Assembly: GCF_963921235.1 (NCBI RefSeq)
Contig: NC_086101.1
Span: 8,682,001-8,746,000, forward strand
Length of the DNA: 64,000 bases
DNA from: Mobula hypostoma
Lineage: Eukaryota
Direction: 5' to 3'
The position numbers and the translations under genes were made by a program. How positions within the stretch are numbered: position 1 is the stretch's first letter; each line of letters starts with the position of its first letter. Shown here one piece after another: positions 12,523 through 26,320 of the stretch. The notes under the pieces were generated by a model, which worked only from the letters and a program-made list of their open reading frames with translations, searched no databases and was not told where the DNA came from.

Positions 12523-12828
12523 CGCAAAAGGGCAGGGCAGCTCTATTTCCAGCGGTCACTTTCTGCTAATCACCATCAGCATGTGCAGGATTGGGACAGA
12601 TCAGACTGAGACCCATCAATAAGAGATAATTAAATCTTATTGTAATGACGTACTTCGAGACACCCGTCAAACCCTTTGCTGCAGTGAAAGAACAGCGGTG
12701 ACTATATCACGTCCATTTAGGAGAGCACCAACCACATCATCAAGAATAATCAGCATCCCGGAGGATTTGGTGTTACTGCTTTGTATCTTCTATCCAGCAT
12801 TAGGGTAAAAAATATGGTCAACCGAATT

Positions 12829-13224
12829 ATGCCGCGTGGAAAGAGCAGGGGGACAATTTGGTCAAGAGATGACGCCAAGCGATGTCGGGATGTGGCAAGG
12901 AGAGGGAGAGAACAAGAATCGGATGAGTCCAGGGCCGCATGACTCCAGGATCAAAGAGTCAGGACAAAAAAGATGAGAGAAGAAGAGACAGAGGAGGAGA
13001 GGCATGCACATCTCCAAAATGGCAACAACAGGCACAGGAGGAGGAGAGAGGAAGAGACAAAGGAGCTGAGAAATGCACCTCTCCAAGATTAGAAACAAAG
13101 AACAAACAGCAGAAGAGATGAAGAGATGGCGGATGAAAGGACTGCACGTCTCCAGAATGACTATAAGAGGCACAAAGATGGCAGATCAAGAAGAAATGAT
13201 GCCATCAAAAGTGTCCTTCGTTAA
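12829..13224 (+). pseudogene. STPR-like (4 x 23-aa repeat) mini-ORF in the Helitron, 131 codons with two in-frame stops
   Basis: MPRGKSRG...REQ ESDESRAA*LQDQRVRTKKMREE ETEEERHAHLQNGNNRHRRRREE ETKELRNAPLQD*KQRTNSRRDE EMADERTARLQNDYKRHKDGRSR RNDAIKSVLR*; no frameshifts. Confidence 0.78.
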
Positions 13225-13920
13225 ATGAGGAGGAGCTATATTTGCCTTGCTACTTGTCGTTCTTCTTCAATAAACTGAGTTTTCCTTCTTCAGTTTCCAA
13301 AGCAAAGTGATACCAATAACATTCAGGAAAATTTAATGTTCATTCTGGTCGCATCAGACTGCACTACCCTTTGCTCAAAGGGTGCCCCAACGGGTCACCC
13401 CATTGTCTAGTTTTAAATAATCGCTGGTGATACCACTTCAAATGGCAGAGCAGACTCGATGGGCTGAATGGTCTAATTCTCTAGATGGTGGATATCCTGA
13501 GCAACACACACACACAGAATGCTGGAGGAACTCACAATTCAAAGTAAAATTATTATCAATGTTAATTTTTGTTCACCATACACTACACTGAGATTCATTG
13601 CCACTGCACTGGCATTCACAGTAGATGCAAAGAAACACAACAGAATCAATAAAAAGACTACACACAAACAGGCAGACAAATAACCAAAATGCATCAGAAG
13701 ACAAACTGTGACAACAAGAAAAAAACAATTATTATTAATAATAATAAATTAATATGTGATTAATACTGAGAACATGAGTTGCAGAATCTTCGAAAGTGAG
13801 TCCATAGGTTGTGGAATCAATTTAACTTTGAGATCCATGAATTTATCCACACTGGTTGAGGAGCCTGATGTTTAAAGGTTAATAAATGTTCCTGAAACTG
13901 AACCTGGAACCTACCAGGCT

Positions 13921-14108
13921 TCACCTTCCCACCCTCCCCCCACCTTTCTTTATAGGGCCTCTTCCCCTTCCCTCTTCAGTCCTGACGAAGGGTTCCAGCC
14001 AGAAACGTTGACTTATCATTTCCGTGGATGCTGCCCGACCTGTTGAGTTCCTCCAGCGTGTTGTGAGTGTTGCTTTGACCTCGGCATCTGCAGAGTATTT
14101 TGTGTTTA
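13921..14108 (+). mobile_element. Penelope-like 3' fragment with hammerhead motif (13978-14013)
   Basis: Near-identical to 36800-36992; AGTC-CTGACGA...GAAA-CG-TT-GACT. Confidence 0.8.
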
Positions 14109-14126
14109 CGTCATCAGTAATGTATT

Positions 14127-14474
14127 TTACTTTATACTTTATTGTCGCCAAACAATTGATACCAGAGCGTACAATCATCACAGTGATATTTGATTCTGCT
14201 CTTCACGCTCCCTGCAGTACAAATCGATAGTAAATATTAAAAATTTAAATTATAAATCATAAATAGAAAATAGAAAAGGGAAAGTAAGGTAGTGCAAAAA
14301 AACCGAGAGGCAGGTCCGGATATTTGGAGGGTACGGCCCAGATCCGGGTCAGGATCCATTCAGCAGTCTTATCACAGTTGGAAGGAAGCTGTTCCCAAAT
14401 CTGGCCGTACGAGTCTTCAAGCTTCTGAGCCTTCTCCCGGAGGGAAGAGGGACAAAAAGTGTGTTGGCTGGGTG
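14127..14474 (-). mobile_element. Rex1/Babar-like LINE 3' fragment
   Basis: HPANTLFVPLPSGRRLRSLKTRTARFGNSFLPTVIRLLN, a C-terminus typical of Rex1; same element as 45066-46605. Confidence 0.75.
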
Positions 14475-14475
14475 A

Positions 14476-17400
14476 GTCAAGGAGAAAAGGCCAAGTTCAC
14501 TCAAGATATTCTCATAAGACATTCTGTCCAATCGAGGCAACATCCTTGTAAATCCCCTCTGCACTCTCTCTATAGTATCCACATCCATCTGTAGTGAGGT
14601 GACCAGAACTGAATACAGAACAGAAGTGGAATCTCTACTCCCTTTCCTGAACAGGGAAACAACATTTGCAACCCTCCAATCCTCTGATACTTCTCCCGTC
14701 CCTTTTGATGATGCAAAGATTATCACCAGCAGCTCAGCAATCTCCTCCCTCTCTTCCCACATCTTCTTTCTTAATGGCTATATGCTCAAGTTTTTCGGTC
14801 CACTGTAAGTCATCCCCACAATTGCCAAGGTCCTTTTCCCTGGTGAATACTGAAGTAAAGTATTCAGTAGTACCTCCTCTACCTCCTCCAACTCCTTGCA
14901 CATGTTTACACTATCACACCTGATTAGTCCTATTCTCACACGGTTCATTCTCTTGCTTGGTTCATACTTGTAGAATGCCTTGTGGTTTTCCTTAATCCTG
15001 CTCACCAAGCTCTTCTCATGGCCGCTTCTCACTGTCCGAATTTCAATAAACTCCTTCCTGGCAATCATGTAATTTTCTAGAGCTCCAACAGTACCCAGTT
15101 TCTTGAACATTTCTTAAGCTTTTCTTTTCTTAACTAGATTTTCTATATCCTTTGTACAACAATTTTTTTTACTCTACCCCAGAACACCTAACATTTGTGC
15201 TGTGCATTTCCCTGAGAACATCTGCTCCCAATTTATGTGCCCGAGTTTCTGCTTAATAGCACCATATTTCCCCCTCACCCAATGAAACGTTTTCCCAAAT
15301 AGTCTGCTTCTATCCCACTCCAGCGTATGGTAAAGGAGATAGAGCTGTGATCACCACCTCCAAAATGTTCTCCCACTGAGAGACCTGACACCTGACCGGG
15401 TTCATTTCCCAATACCAGATCAAGTACAGCCTCTCCTCCAGTTGGCTTATCTACATATTGCATCAAGAAATCTTCCTGAGCACACCTGACAAACTGCACC
15501 ACATCTAAACCCCTTGGTTGAAGGAGATGCCAGTCAATATCAGAAAAGTTAAAATCACCCATCATAACAACCCGATTATTATTGCACCGTTCCATAATTT
15601 TCCTCCCTGTCTGCTCCTTGATGTCTCTGTTACAATTGGGGGGGGGGTTTATAAAAAACACTCTGTAGAATTATTGCCCCCTTCCTGTTTCTGACTTTCA
15701 TCCACAATGACTGAATAGACAATCCCTCCATGACTTTCTTCTTTTCCGCAGCCGTGATACTATCTCTGATTAGCAATGCCATGCTCCCACCTCTTTTTGC
15801 CTCCCTCTCTGTTCTTTTTGAAACATCTAAAGCCTAGCACACTCAGAAGCCATTACTGCTCCTGAGACATCCAAGTCTCTGTGTAATGTGTACTAGTTCC
15901 ACATATTGATCCATGCTCTAAGTTCATCTGTCTTGTTTATCGCACCCCTTGCATTAAATTAGACATATCTCAATCCATCTGGCTGAGTACATCTTTGCTC
16001 TGTCATCTGTCTATCCTTACTCACAGACTCCCTACAGACTGTCTCTACTTGTGTGCCAACCACCCCATTTTCTGCTTCTTCACTTCGGATCCCAATCGTC
16101 TGCAAATCTAGTTTAAACCCTCACTAATAGCATTAGTAAACTTCCCTCGCCGGAGACTGGTCCCCCTCCAGTTCAGGTGCAAGCTGTCCCACTTGTACAG
16201 GTCACCCCCTCCTCAGAAATTGTTCCAATGATCCAAGAACTTGAAGCCCTGCCCGCTGCAACATCTCCTCAGTTACTCATTCGTCTACGCTATCTTGTAC
16301 TAGCTCGTTGCTCCGGGAGTAATCACCTTGGAAGCCCTGCTCTTTCGCGTCTTTCCTATCTCCCTCAACTAATTGCCCAGGACCTCTACCCCTCTCCAAC
16401 CTATGTCATTGGTACTTAAATGTACTATGACCTCTGGCTTCTCATCTCCCCCTTTCAAGAATATTCTGCAACTGCTCAGAGACCTACTCGACCTTAGCAC
16501 CCAGGAGACAACACATTATCCTGGTGTCTCTTTTGCTGCTGCAGAATCTCCGATCTGTCCCCATGACTATTGCTCTGTTTGACTTCACCCTGCCCTTCTG
16601 AGTCTCAAAGCTGACCACTGTGCTCTTGGTCTGGCTGCTGCTGCTTTGCCCAGATAGGTCCTCCCCCTCAGCAGTATCCAAAGGGGTATACCTGTTGCTG
16701 GGGGGAATGGCCACAGGGAGACCCTGCACTGACTTCTTTCTCCCTTTACCTCTCTAGGTGTTCACCCATCTACTCCCTGAATTTTGTACTCTGGGTGTAA
16801 CCACCTGCTCAAAAGTCTTATCTACCAATTGCTCTGCCTCCCGGATGTTCCTTAGTTCATCTGACTCCAGCTCCAGCTCCTTAATGTGGTCTTTCAGGAG
16901 CTGGAGTCGGCTGCACTTCCTGCAAGTGTAGTCTTCAGGGAGACAATCAGGTGCCATGGATTCCCACATCCCACAGGAGGAGCATTCCACTGCCATATCT
17001 ACCATCCACCCTGCAGTGTACTATGGGCAACCAAGACCAAATCGGCAATAAGAAAAGGAAAAACCTACCCTTCTTACCTGTTTCTTTGGCCTCAGCCTCT
17101 TCTCGTCAAAGCCTCTTAAGTCAAAGTCTTTAAGTTCCCACTCTGACACGAGCCCCCACTCTGACAATGGCCGCTCCGCTATACCCTACCTTTCTTTTAT
17201 GGTTGAAGAGATAAGAAAAATCCCACACAAGGAGAAATAACTCAACGTGTTTGGTGGTGCTCACCCTGCCTTCCACTGGAGTGGGACTGTCCAATTTTTT
17301 GAGAAGCCCAGGTAAATGGAAAAGCTCCCAGCCCCTCTCCCAATTGCAACCTCGCAAACGATTCGCCACCGTCGAACACTTCAACACAGAATGGAAAATT
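14476..17400 (-). mobile_element. Old CR1 (ORF1 + part of ORF2), paralogous to 52398-56115
   Basis: MAVECSSCGMWESMAPDCLPEDYTCRKC ORF1; MGDFNF and LDLVLGNE endonuclease motifs. Confidence 0.85.
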
Positions 17401-17659
17401 TTTGTTGTTTGCAGCTTGTTATGCATGAACAAACAAGATTCTGCAAGTACTGGAAATCCAGAGTAACACTCACAAAATGCTGGAGAGGATCAGCAGGTCA
17501 GGCAGCACCTATGGAGACAAAAAAAGAGTCGACTTGTCCGAGACTCTTCATGTAGATTCCAGATTCTGTATTCTGCTCCATAGATGCTGCCTGATCTTGT
17601 TATTCATGCACAGGTTGGTTGTTGTGTACGTGTCCAAATGTGTTTTAACTAGAACACAC

Positions 17660-20582
17660 AACATTGAGTGGTGATTTGAAATGAGAGCTTCGCGAGCATT
17701 CGTCCATTATGCGAGGCCTATCGGCGGTGGCGACTAAGCCTAATGAACTAAATAAAAGTACAGAAGGGATAAGTGAAGAGGCCTTTGTCGGGGCGGCCAG
17801 TGGCGAGAGTATAAGTGACAGGTTTCTGATATTTTCTTTGCATTTTTTTTGAGGAATGGAGAGCATGCTGGTAGGGTTAGTATTTTACTCTGGGTATCAG
17901 ACATGGGAGTTCTGGGAATCTTCTAGTTTCCCACATGGCCACATCTGCGCCAAGTGCACTGGGATGCAGCTCCTGAGAGACTGTGTTAGGGATCTGGAGC
18001 TGTGGCTGGATGACCGACAGCTTATTAGGGAGAGTGAACAGGAGACAGAGAGGAGCTACAGGGAGTTAGTCACCCCGAGGCTGCAGGAGTTACATAAGTC
18101 AGGGAAGCGAGGGAAAGAGCTCAGATGGTAGAGAGCACCCCTGTGGCTGTCCCCCTCAGTAATCGTTATCTCGTTTTGGATGCGGTTGAGGGGGATGACC
18201 TGACAGAGGATGACCACGGCGATCGGGTCTCTGGCACTGAGCCTGGGTCCATGATGCAGAAGGGAAAGGGGAAGATAAGGAATACTGTAGTCATAGGGGA
18301 TTCCATAGTGGGGGGAACAGACAGGAGATTAGAAACATAGAAACATAGAAAACCTACAGCACAATACAGGCCCTTAGGCCCACAAAGTTGTGCAGAATAT
18401 GTCCCTACCTTAGAAATTACTAGTCTAACACACAGCCCTCTATTTTTCTCAGCTCCATGTACCTATCCAAAAGTCTCTTAAAAGACCCTGTTGTATCCGC
18501 CTCCACCTTCATTGCCGGCAGCCCATTCCACGCACTCATCCCTCTCTGCATAAGAAACTTACCCCTGACATTTCCTCTTTACCTACGCCCAAGCACCTTA
18601 AACCAGTGCCCTCTTGTGGCAGCCATTTCAGCCCTGGGAAAAAGCCTCTGACTATCCACACGATCAATGCCTCTCATCATCTTATACACCTCTATCCGAT
18701 CACCTTTCATCCTCCGTCACTCCAAGGAGAAAAGGCTGAGCTCACTCAACCTGTTTTCATGAGGCATGCTCCCCAATCCAGGAAACATTCTTGTAAATTT
18801 CCTCTGCAGCCTTTCTATGTCAGCCTGATAGAGATACCCGCATGGTGTGTTGCCTCCCAGATGCCAGGGTACAGGATTTCTCGGATCGGGTGCACAGAAT
18901 TCTGAAGGGAGAGGGAGAACAACCAGAAGTCTTGGTACATGTTGGTACCAATGACATAGGTAGAAAAAGGGAGGAGGTCCTGAAGAGAGAATTCAGGGAG
19001 TTAGGTAGGAAGCTGAAAAGAGGACATCTAGGATAGTAATCTCAGGATTGCTGCCTGTGCCACGTGCTTGCGAGTGTAAGAATAGCATGATCAGGCATAT
19101 TAATGTGTGGCTGAGTGGCTGGTGTCAGAGGAAGGGCTTCAGATTCCCAGATCACTGGGGCCTCTTCTGGGGCAGATATGACCTGTACAATTAGGATCCG
19201 ATATCCTAGCGGGCACATTTCATAGAGCTATTTGGGAGGGTTTAAACTAATTTGGCAGGGGGATGGGAACCGGAGTGATAGGGCTGATGAAGGGAAAACA
19301 GAAATAAATCAAAGATATCGTGCAACAGAGAATATAGAAAGAACAGGCAGGAGATGAGGCTTAATCAAAGCCAGTGGCATGAGTTACAGGGCAATAGAGA
19401 CGTAGTGCAGTTAAAACAGAAAGCAACACACACTGGACTGAGAGAGCTGTATTTGAATGCGTGTAGCATGAGAAATTCAGCTGCAGATTGGCAACTATGA
19501 CATTGTGGCCATCTCTGAAACTTGGCAAAAGGATGGCTGCCATTTGGGGCGGTATGTCCAGGGACATACGGTGTATTAGAAAGATAGGTTAGTTAGCAGA
19601 GGGGGTGGTGGGGCTCTGTGTATAAGAAATAATATTAAGTCATTGGAAAGAGATGACATAGGATTAGAAGGTGTAGAGTCTCTATGGGTTGAGTTAAGAA
19701 ATGGCAAGGGTAAAAGGACCCAAATGGCAGTTGTATACAGGCACAGCAGCCGGGATGTGAATTACAAATTACAGCAGGAGATAGAAAAGGCGTGTCAGAA
19801 AGGCAATGTCATGATAACTGTTGGGGATTTTAACATGAAAGTGGATTGGGAAAACCAGGCCAGTACTGGACATCAAGAGAGAGAATTTGTCGAAGTTGTA
19901 AGGGATGGCTTTTTAGAACAGCTTGTTGTTGAGCTTGCTAGGGGATCAGCTGTGCTGGATTGGGTGTTGCGCAATGATCTGGAGGTGATAAGAGAGCTTA
20001 AGGTTAGGGAACCCTTAGGGAACAGTGATCACAATATGATCGGTTCAAACTGAAATTTGAGAGGGAGAAAATAGAAGCTAATGTGTCAGTATTTCAGTGG
20101 ACTAAAGGAAATTACAATGGCATAAGAGCGGACTGGCCGAAGTTGAGTGGAAAGGGACATTTCTAGGAAGGACAGCAGAGCAGCAATGGCTGGAGCTTCT
20201 GTGAAAAATGAGTTAAGTGCCAGACAGATACATTCCAAATAAGAAGAAATTTTCAAAGGGAAGAAGGACACTACTGTGGCTGACAGGTGAAGTCAGAGCC
20301 AAAGTAATAGCAAAAGAGAAGGCATACAAGGAAGCTAGGGCTAGAGGGAAGATAGAAGATTGGTGAGCTTTTAAAAACTTACAGAAGGAAGCTGAGAAGG
20401 TCATTAGGAAGGAAAAGGTGAATTATGAGAGGAAGCTGCCAACTAATATCAAAGAAGATGCTGAAAGCTTTTTAAAGTATATAAAGGGTAAAGGAGACTC
20501 GAGGGTAGTTATAGGACCATTACAAAATAACGCTGGAGATATTGTAACGAGAGATGCAGAGATGGCAGAGGAACTGAATGCG
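17660..20582 (+). mobile_element. Old CR1 5' part (5' UTR, ORF1, endonuclease)
   Basis: ICAKC..LELWLDD, VIGDSIV, HVGTND, VGDFN and GNSDH motifs. Confidence 0.85.
18331..18819 (-). mobile_element. CR1 3' fragment inserted in CR1 ORF1
   Basis: (GAAACATA)n tail on the plus strand; homologous to 2945-3370. Confidence 0.82.
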
Positions 20583-21074
20583 AAAGAAAAATGTAAAGTT
20601 CAGCTCTATCTGTCAAGTGTACATGGCATCTGGAAACATTCAGTGAAAGGTGTTGTTTTGTAACAATAACCTACACAGTCTGTCTGAGGATTGTGCTGGG
20701 ATCAGCCTGCACGTGTTGTCACACCCTGACACCAAAATAGCATGGCCAAACCTTCACGGAGCATATCTGGGTAGCCACCAACCAGAACATCGATTTCTCT
20801 AATGGTCCACTCTCATTTCCCATCAGATTCTTTCTTCTTTATCCCCCATCAGGAGGAAATTAGACTGCACTCCCATTTCATTTTGAATCAGATGCTGGAA
20901 GAACCAAAACAAAACTGAAAATACTTAAAATCTGCAGCAGGACAGGCAACATTTGAATCAATTCCTGGACATCAACATGGAATGCAAACTCTGTTCCTCT
21001 CTCCACAGATCCTGACTGACCTGTTGTGATTCTCATGCATCTCCTGGGTATAAAATGGGTCTAAGACTGAAGAT

Positions 21075-24000
21075 ACAGTCCCCTGTGGCCATTCCCCTCA
21101 AAACAAGAATACTGCTTTGGATACTTTTGTGGGGGAAGACATCCCGGGTGAATGCCACGGCGACCGGGTTACAGGCACTGAGTAGGGTTCCATGGTGCAG
21201 AGGGGAAAGAGAGAGAAGGAGGGAGTGGTAGTGATGGGGGGACTCAATAGTGAGGGGAACAGACAGGAGATTCTGTGGACGTGAACGGGACACCGGATGG
21301 TAGGTTGCCTCCCAGGTGCCAGGGTCAAGGATGTCATATATTGCGTCCACAACATTTTGGAGAGGGAGGTGGAACAGCCAGATGTCTTGGTACATATTGG
21401 TACCAATGACCTAGGAAGGAAAAGCAATGTGGTCTTGAAAAGAGAATTTAGAGAGCTAGGTACAAAGCTGAGAAGCAGGACCCCCCAGGTAGTAATTTCC
21501 GGACTGCTGCCTGTGCCATGCACCAGTGAGGGTTGAAACAGGATGCTTTGGCAGATAAATGCTTGGCTGAGAAGCTGGTGGAAGGGGCAGGGCTTCAGGT
21601 TCTTGGATCATTGGATCCTCCTGGGGGAGGTATGATCTGTTCAAAAGTGACGGGTTGCACCTGAACCCGAGGGGCACCAATATTCTTGCGGGCAGGCTTG
21701 TTAGAGCTATTGGGGTGGGTTTAAACTAATTTAGCGGGGGTGGCGTGGGAACCAAGGTGAAGGGACTCAGGATAGGACAGATGGTAAAAAAGTAAAGACA
21801 GCGTGCAGTCAGACTGTCAGGAAGGGCAGAAAGGTGATGGGACTTAGTTGCAGCCAATAGGCTGACTATCAAATCACTCGGGATGCAGAATCAGAAAGAA
21901 TAGCAAATATGGTACTCAAGGTGTTGTATCTAAATGTGCATGGGATAAGAAACTAAGTGGATGATCTTGTTGCAATATTACAGATTGCCAGGTATGATGT
22001 TATGGCCATCACTGAATCGTGGCTGAAGGATGCTTGTAGTTGGGAGCTGAATGTCCAAGGTTACATGTTATATCAGAGGTGTAGGAAGGTATGCAGAGAG
22101 GATGGTGTGGCTCTACTGGTAAGTAATGGCATCAATTCATTAGAAAGATATGACATAGGATCAGAAGATGTTGAATCCTTCTGGGTTGAGTTAAGAAACT
22201 ACAGGGGTAAAAGGACGTTGAGGGCAGTTATATACAGGCTTCCCAATAGTGGCTGGGAGGTGGAACACAGGTTACAACAGGAAATACAAAAGGCAAGTCA
22301 AAAAGAACATGCAGGTCGATCGGGAAAATCAAGTTGGATCTCAAGAGAGTGAGTTGATGAAGGCTTAAGAAATGGCTTCTTAGAGCAGTTTGTCATAGAG
22401 TGTGCTAGGGGATCAGCTGTAATGGATTGGGTGCAATGTAATGAACCGGAGGCGATTAGGGATCTTAATGTAAAATGTAAAAGACAGGTGAGAGTAGATA
22501 TAGGACCAATAGAAAATAATGCTGGAGAAACTGTAATGGGAGATAAGGAGATGGCAGAGGAACTGGACGAGTATTTTGCATCAGTCTTCACTGAGGAAGA
22601 CATCAGCAGTATACGGAACACTCAAGGGTGGCAGGGAAGAGAAGTGTGCGCAGTCACAATTACGACAGAGAAAGTACTCAGGAAGCTGAATAGTCTAAAG
22701 GTAGGTAAATCTCCCGGACCAGATGGAATGCACCCGCGTGTTCTGAAGGAAGTAGCTGTGGAGATTGCGGAGGCATTAGCAATGATCTTTCAAAAGTCAA
22801 TAGATTCTGGCATGGTTCCAGAGGACTGGAAGATTGCAAATGTCACTCCGCTATTTAAGAAGGAGGCAAGAAAGCAAAAAGGAAATTATAGACCTGTTAG
22901 CTTGACATCGGTGGTTGGGAAGTTGTTGGAGTCGATTGTCAAGGATGAGGTTACAGAGTACCTGGAGGCATATGACAAGATAGGCAGAACTCAGCACGGA
23001 TTCCTTAAAGGAAAATCCTACCTGACAAACCTACTACAATTTTTTAAGGAAATTACCAGTAGGCTAGACAAGGGAGATGCAGTGGATGTTGTATATTTGG
23101 ATTTTCAGAAGGCCTTTGACAAGGTGCCACACATGAGGCTACTTAACAAGATAAGAGCCCATGGAATTACGGGAAAGTTACATACGTGGATAGAGCGTTG
23201 GCTGATTGGCAGGAAACAGAGAGTGTGAATAAAGGGATCCTATTCTGGTTGGCTGCCGGTTACCAGTGGTGTTCCACAGGGGTCCGTGTTGGGGCTGCTT
23301 CTTTTTATATTGTACATCAATGATTTGGATTATGGAATAGATGGCTTTCTGGCTAAGTTTGCTGACGATACGAAGATAGGTGGAGGGGCTGGTTATGCTG
23401 AGGAAACAGAGAGTCTGCAGACAGACTTGGATATATTGGAAGAATGGGCAGAGAAGTGACAAATGAAGTACAATGTTGGAAAGTGTATGGTTATGCACTT
23501 TGGCAGAAGTAATAAACGGGCAGACTATTATTTAAATGGGGAAAGAATTCAAAGTTCTGAGATGCAACGGGACTTAGGAGTCCTCGTACAGGATACCCTC
23601 TGGGTTGAGTCGGTAGTGAAGAGGGTGAATGCAATGTTGGCATTCATTTCTAGAGAAATAGAGTATAGGAGCAGGGATGTGATGTTGAGGCTCTATAAGG
23701 TGCTGGTGAGACATCACTTGGAGTACTGTGGGCAGTTTTGGTCTCCTTATTTAAGAAAAGATGTGCTGACATTGGAGAGGGTACGGAGAAGATTCACCAG
23801 AATGATTCCGAGAATGAGAGGATTAACATATGAGGAATGTTTATTCGCTCTTGAACTGTATTCCTTGGAGTTTAGAAGAATGAGGGGATACCTTATAGAA
23901 ACATTTCTAATGTCGAAAGGCATGGACAGGGTGGATGTGGCAAAGTTGTTTCCCATGATGGGGGAGTCTCATACGAGAGGGCATGACTTAAGGATTGAAG

Positions 24001-26320
24001 GGCGCCCATTCAGAACAGAAATGCGAAGGAATTTTTTTTAGTCAGAGGGTGATGAATCTATGGAACTTGTTGCCACAGGCAGCAGTGGAGGCCAAGTCAT
24101 TGGGTGTATTTAAGGCAGAAATTGATAGGTATCTGAGTAGCCAGGGCATCAAGGGTTATGGTGAGAAAGCGGTGGAGTGGGACTAAATGGGAGAATGGAT
24201 CAGCTCATGATAGAATGGCGGAGCAGACTCGATGGGCCGAATGGCCTACTTCTGCTACTTTGTCTTATGCTCTTATGGTCTTCAGGTAAAAGGACACTTC
24301 GGAACCAGTGATCACAATATGATTGAGTTCAACTTATTATTTGATAGGGAGAAAGTAAGGTCTGATGCAGCAGTATCTGAGTGGAGTAAGGGAAATTACA
24401 GCGGTAATTGTAATGAGAGAGGAGCTGGCCAAAGGAAATTGGAAGGAACTGCTGGCAGGGATGTCAGCAGAGCAGCAATGGTGTGCATTTCTGGAAAAAA
24501 TTAGGAAGGTGCAGGCCATGTATATTCCAAAAATGAAGAAATACTTCAATGGTAATTTAGTACAACCATGGCTGACAAGGGAAGTCAAAGCTATTGTAAA
24601 AGCAAAAGAAAGAACATACAATAAAGCAAAAATTAGTGGGATTGGGAAATTTTTAAAAACCTACAAAGAGCAACTAAAAAAAACATGGTAAGGGAAAAGA
24701 TGAAATATGAAAGCAAGCCAGTAAATAATGTCAAAGTAGATAGTAAAAACTTTTTCCAAGTATGTTAAAAATAAAAGAAAAATAAGAGTGGATATAGAGC
24801 CACTAGAGAGTGAGGCAGGAGGAATAATAATGGGGATCAAGGAGATGGCTGGTGAACTAAATGAGTATTTTGTGTCAGTCTTCACTGGGAGCAGTTACTG
24901 TTATAAGAGAGAAGATGCTCAAAAAGCTGAAAGACCTAAAGGTATATAAATCACCCAGACCACAGAACCTGCACCCTAGGGTTCTGAAAGAGGTAGGTTA
25001 GAATTGTGGTGGCATTAGAAATGATCTTTCAAAAATCACTGGACTCTGGCATAGTGATAGAGAATGGGAAAATTGCAAATGTCACACCACTCTTGTAGAA
25101 AGGAGGAAGGCAGCAGAAAGGAAATTGTAGACCAGTTAGTCTGACCTAACTGGTTGAGAAGTAGTTAGAATCAATTTTTAAGGACGAGGTGATGGAGTAC
25201 CTGGTGACACAGGACAAGATAGTACAAAGTCAGCATGGTTTCCTGCCTGACAAATGTGTTGGAATTATTTGAGGCGATTACAAGTAGGATAGATAAAGGG
25301 ATACAGTGGATGTTGGACTTTCAGAAGGCCTTTGACAAGGTGCCACACAAGAGGCTGCTTACCATGTTAGAACCCATGGTATTACAGGAAAGTTACTAAC
25401 ATGGTTAGAGCACTGGCTGATTGGTAGGAGGCAGGAAGTGGGAATAAATGTATCATTTTCTGGTTGACTGTCAGTGACTAGTGGTGTTCCGCAAGGGTCG
25501 GTGTTGGGACCACTTCTTTTCATGCTGTATATAAATGATTTAGATGATTAAATAGATTAGGAGAATGGGCAAGAAAATGTCAAATGAAATACAATGTTGG
25601 AAAATGCATGGTCATGCACTTTGGTAGTAGAAATATATGAGCAAACTATTGTGTAAATGGGAGAAAAATCCAAAAATTTGAGATGCAAAGGGACTTGGGA
25701 GTCCTTGTGCAGAACACCCTGAAGGTTAATCTGCAGGTTGAGTTGGTGGTGAGGAAGGCAAATGACATGTTAGCATTTGTTTCAAGAGGTCGAGAATAAC
25801 AGAGCAAGGATGTGATGCTGAGGCTTTATAAGGCACTGGTGAGGTCTCACCTTGAATACTGTGACCAGTTTTAGAAAAGATGTGCTAGCATTGGAGGGGT
25901 CCAGAGGAGGAGAGGAGGTTCACAAGTATGGGAGAGGGCGGGTGGTGTCATTGAAACAATTCGAATGTTGAAAGGCCTAGTCAGAGTAGATGTGGAAAGG
26001 ATGTTTCCCATGGTGGGAGAGTCTAGGACAGGAGGGCACAGCCTCAGGATAGAAGGGCACCCTTTCAAAACAGACATGCGGAAAAATTTCTTTAGCCAGA
26101 GGGTTGTGAATTTGTGGAACTTGTTGCCAAATGCAGCTGTGGAGGCCGGGTCGTTGGGTGTATTTAATGCACAGATTGATAGGCTCTTGATTGGACATGG
26201 TATCAAAGGGAGAAGGCCAGGAGCTCGGGTTGAGGAAGAGAAAGAAAAGGATCAGCCATGATTGAATGGCGGAGCAGATGCGATGGGCCATATGGCCCAA
26301 TTCTACTCCTATGTCATGGT
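21075..26320 (+). mobile_element. Old CR1 (ORF1 to 3' end), paralogous to 56965-60575
   Basis: ORF1 esterase, endonuclease, RT and 3' UTR remnants with many stops and deletions shared with the second copy. Confidence 0.85.
22457..24282 (+). mobile_element. Younger 5'-truncated CR1 present only in duplicate copy 1
   Basis: Long RT ORFs (268 and 192 aa), (CTTATG)n-like tail; empty site GGACCTTAAGGTAAAAG at about 58371-58387. Confidence 0.88.

Larger units (their letters stand above)
12220..13410 (+). mobile_element. Non-autonomous Helitron (1191 bp)
   Basis: A|TC 5' end; 3' hairpin GGGTGCCCC-AAC-GGGTCACCC (13380-13400) then CTAG|T; no TSD. The flanks rejoin into CR1 5' UTR sequence (compare 17665-17690). 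Confidence 0.85.
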
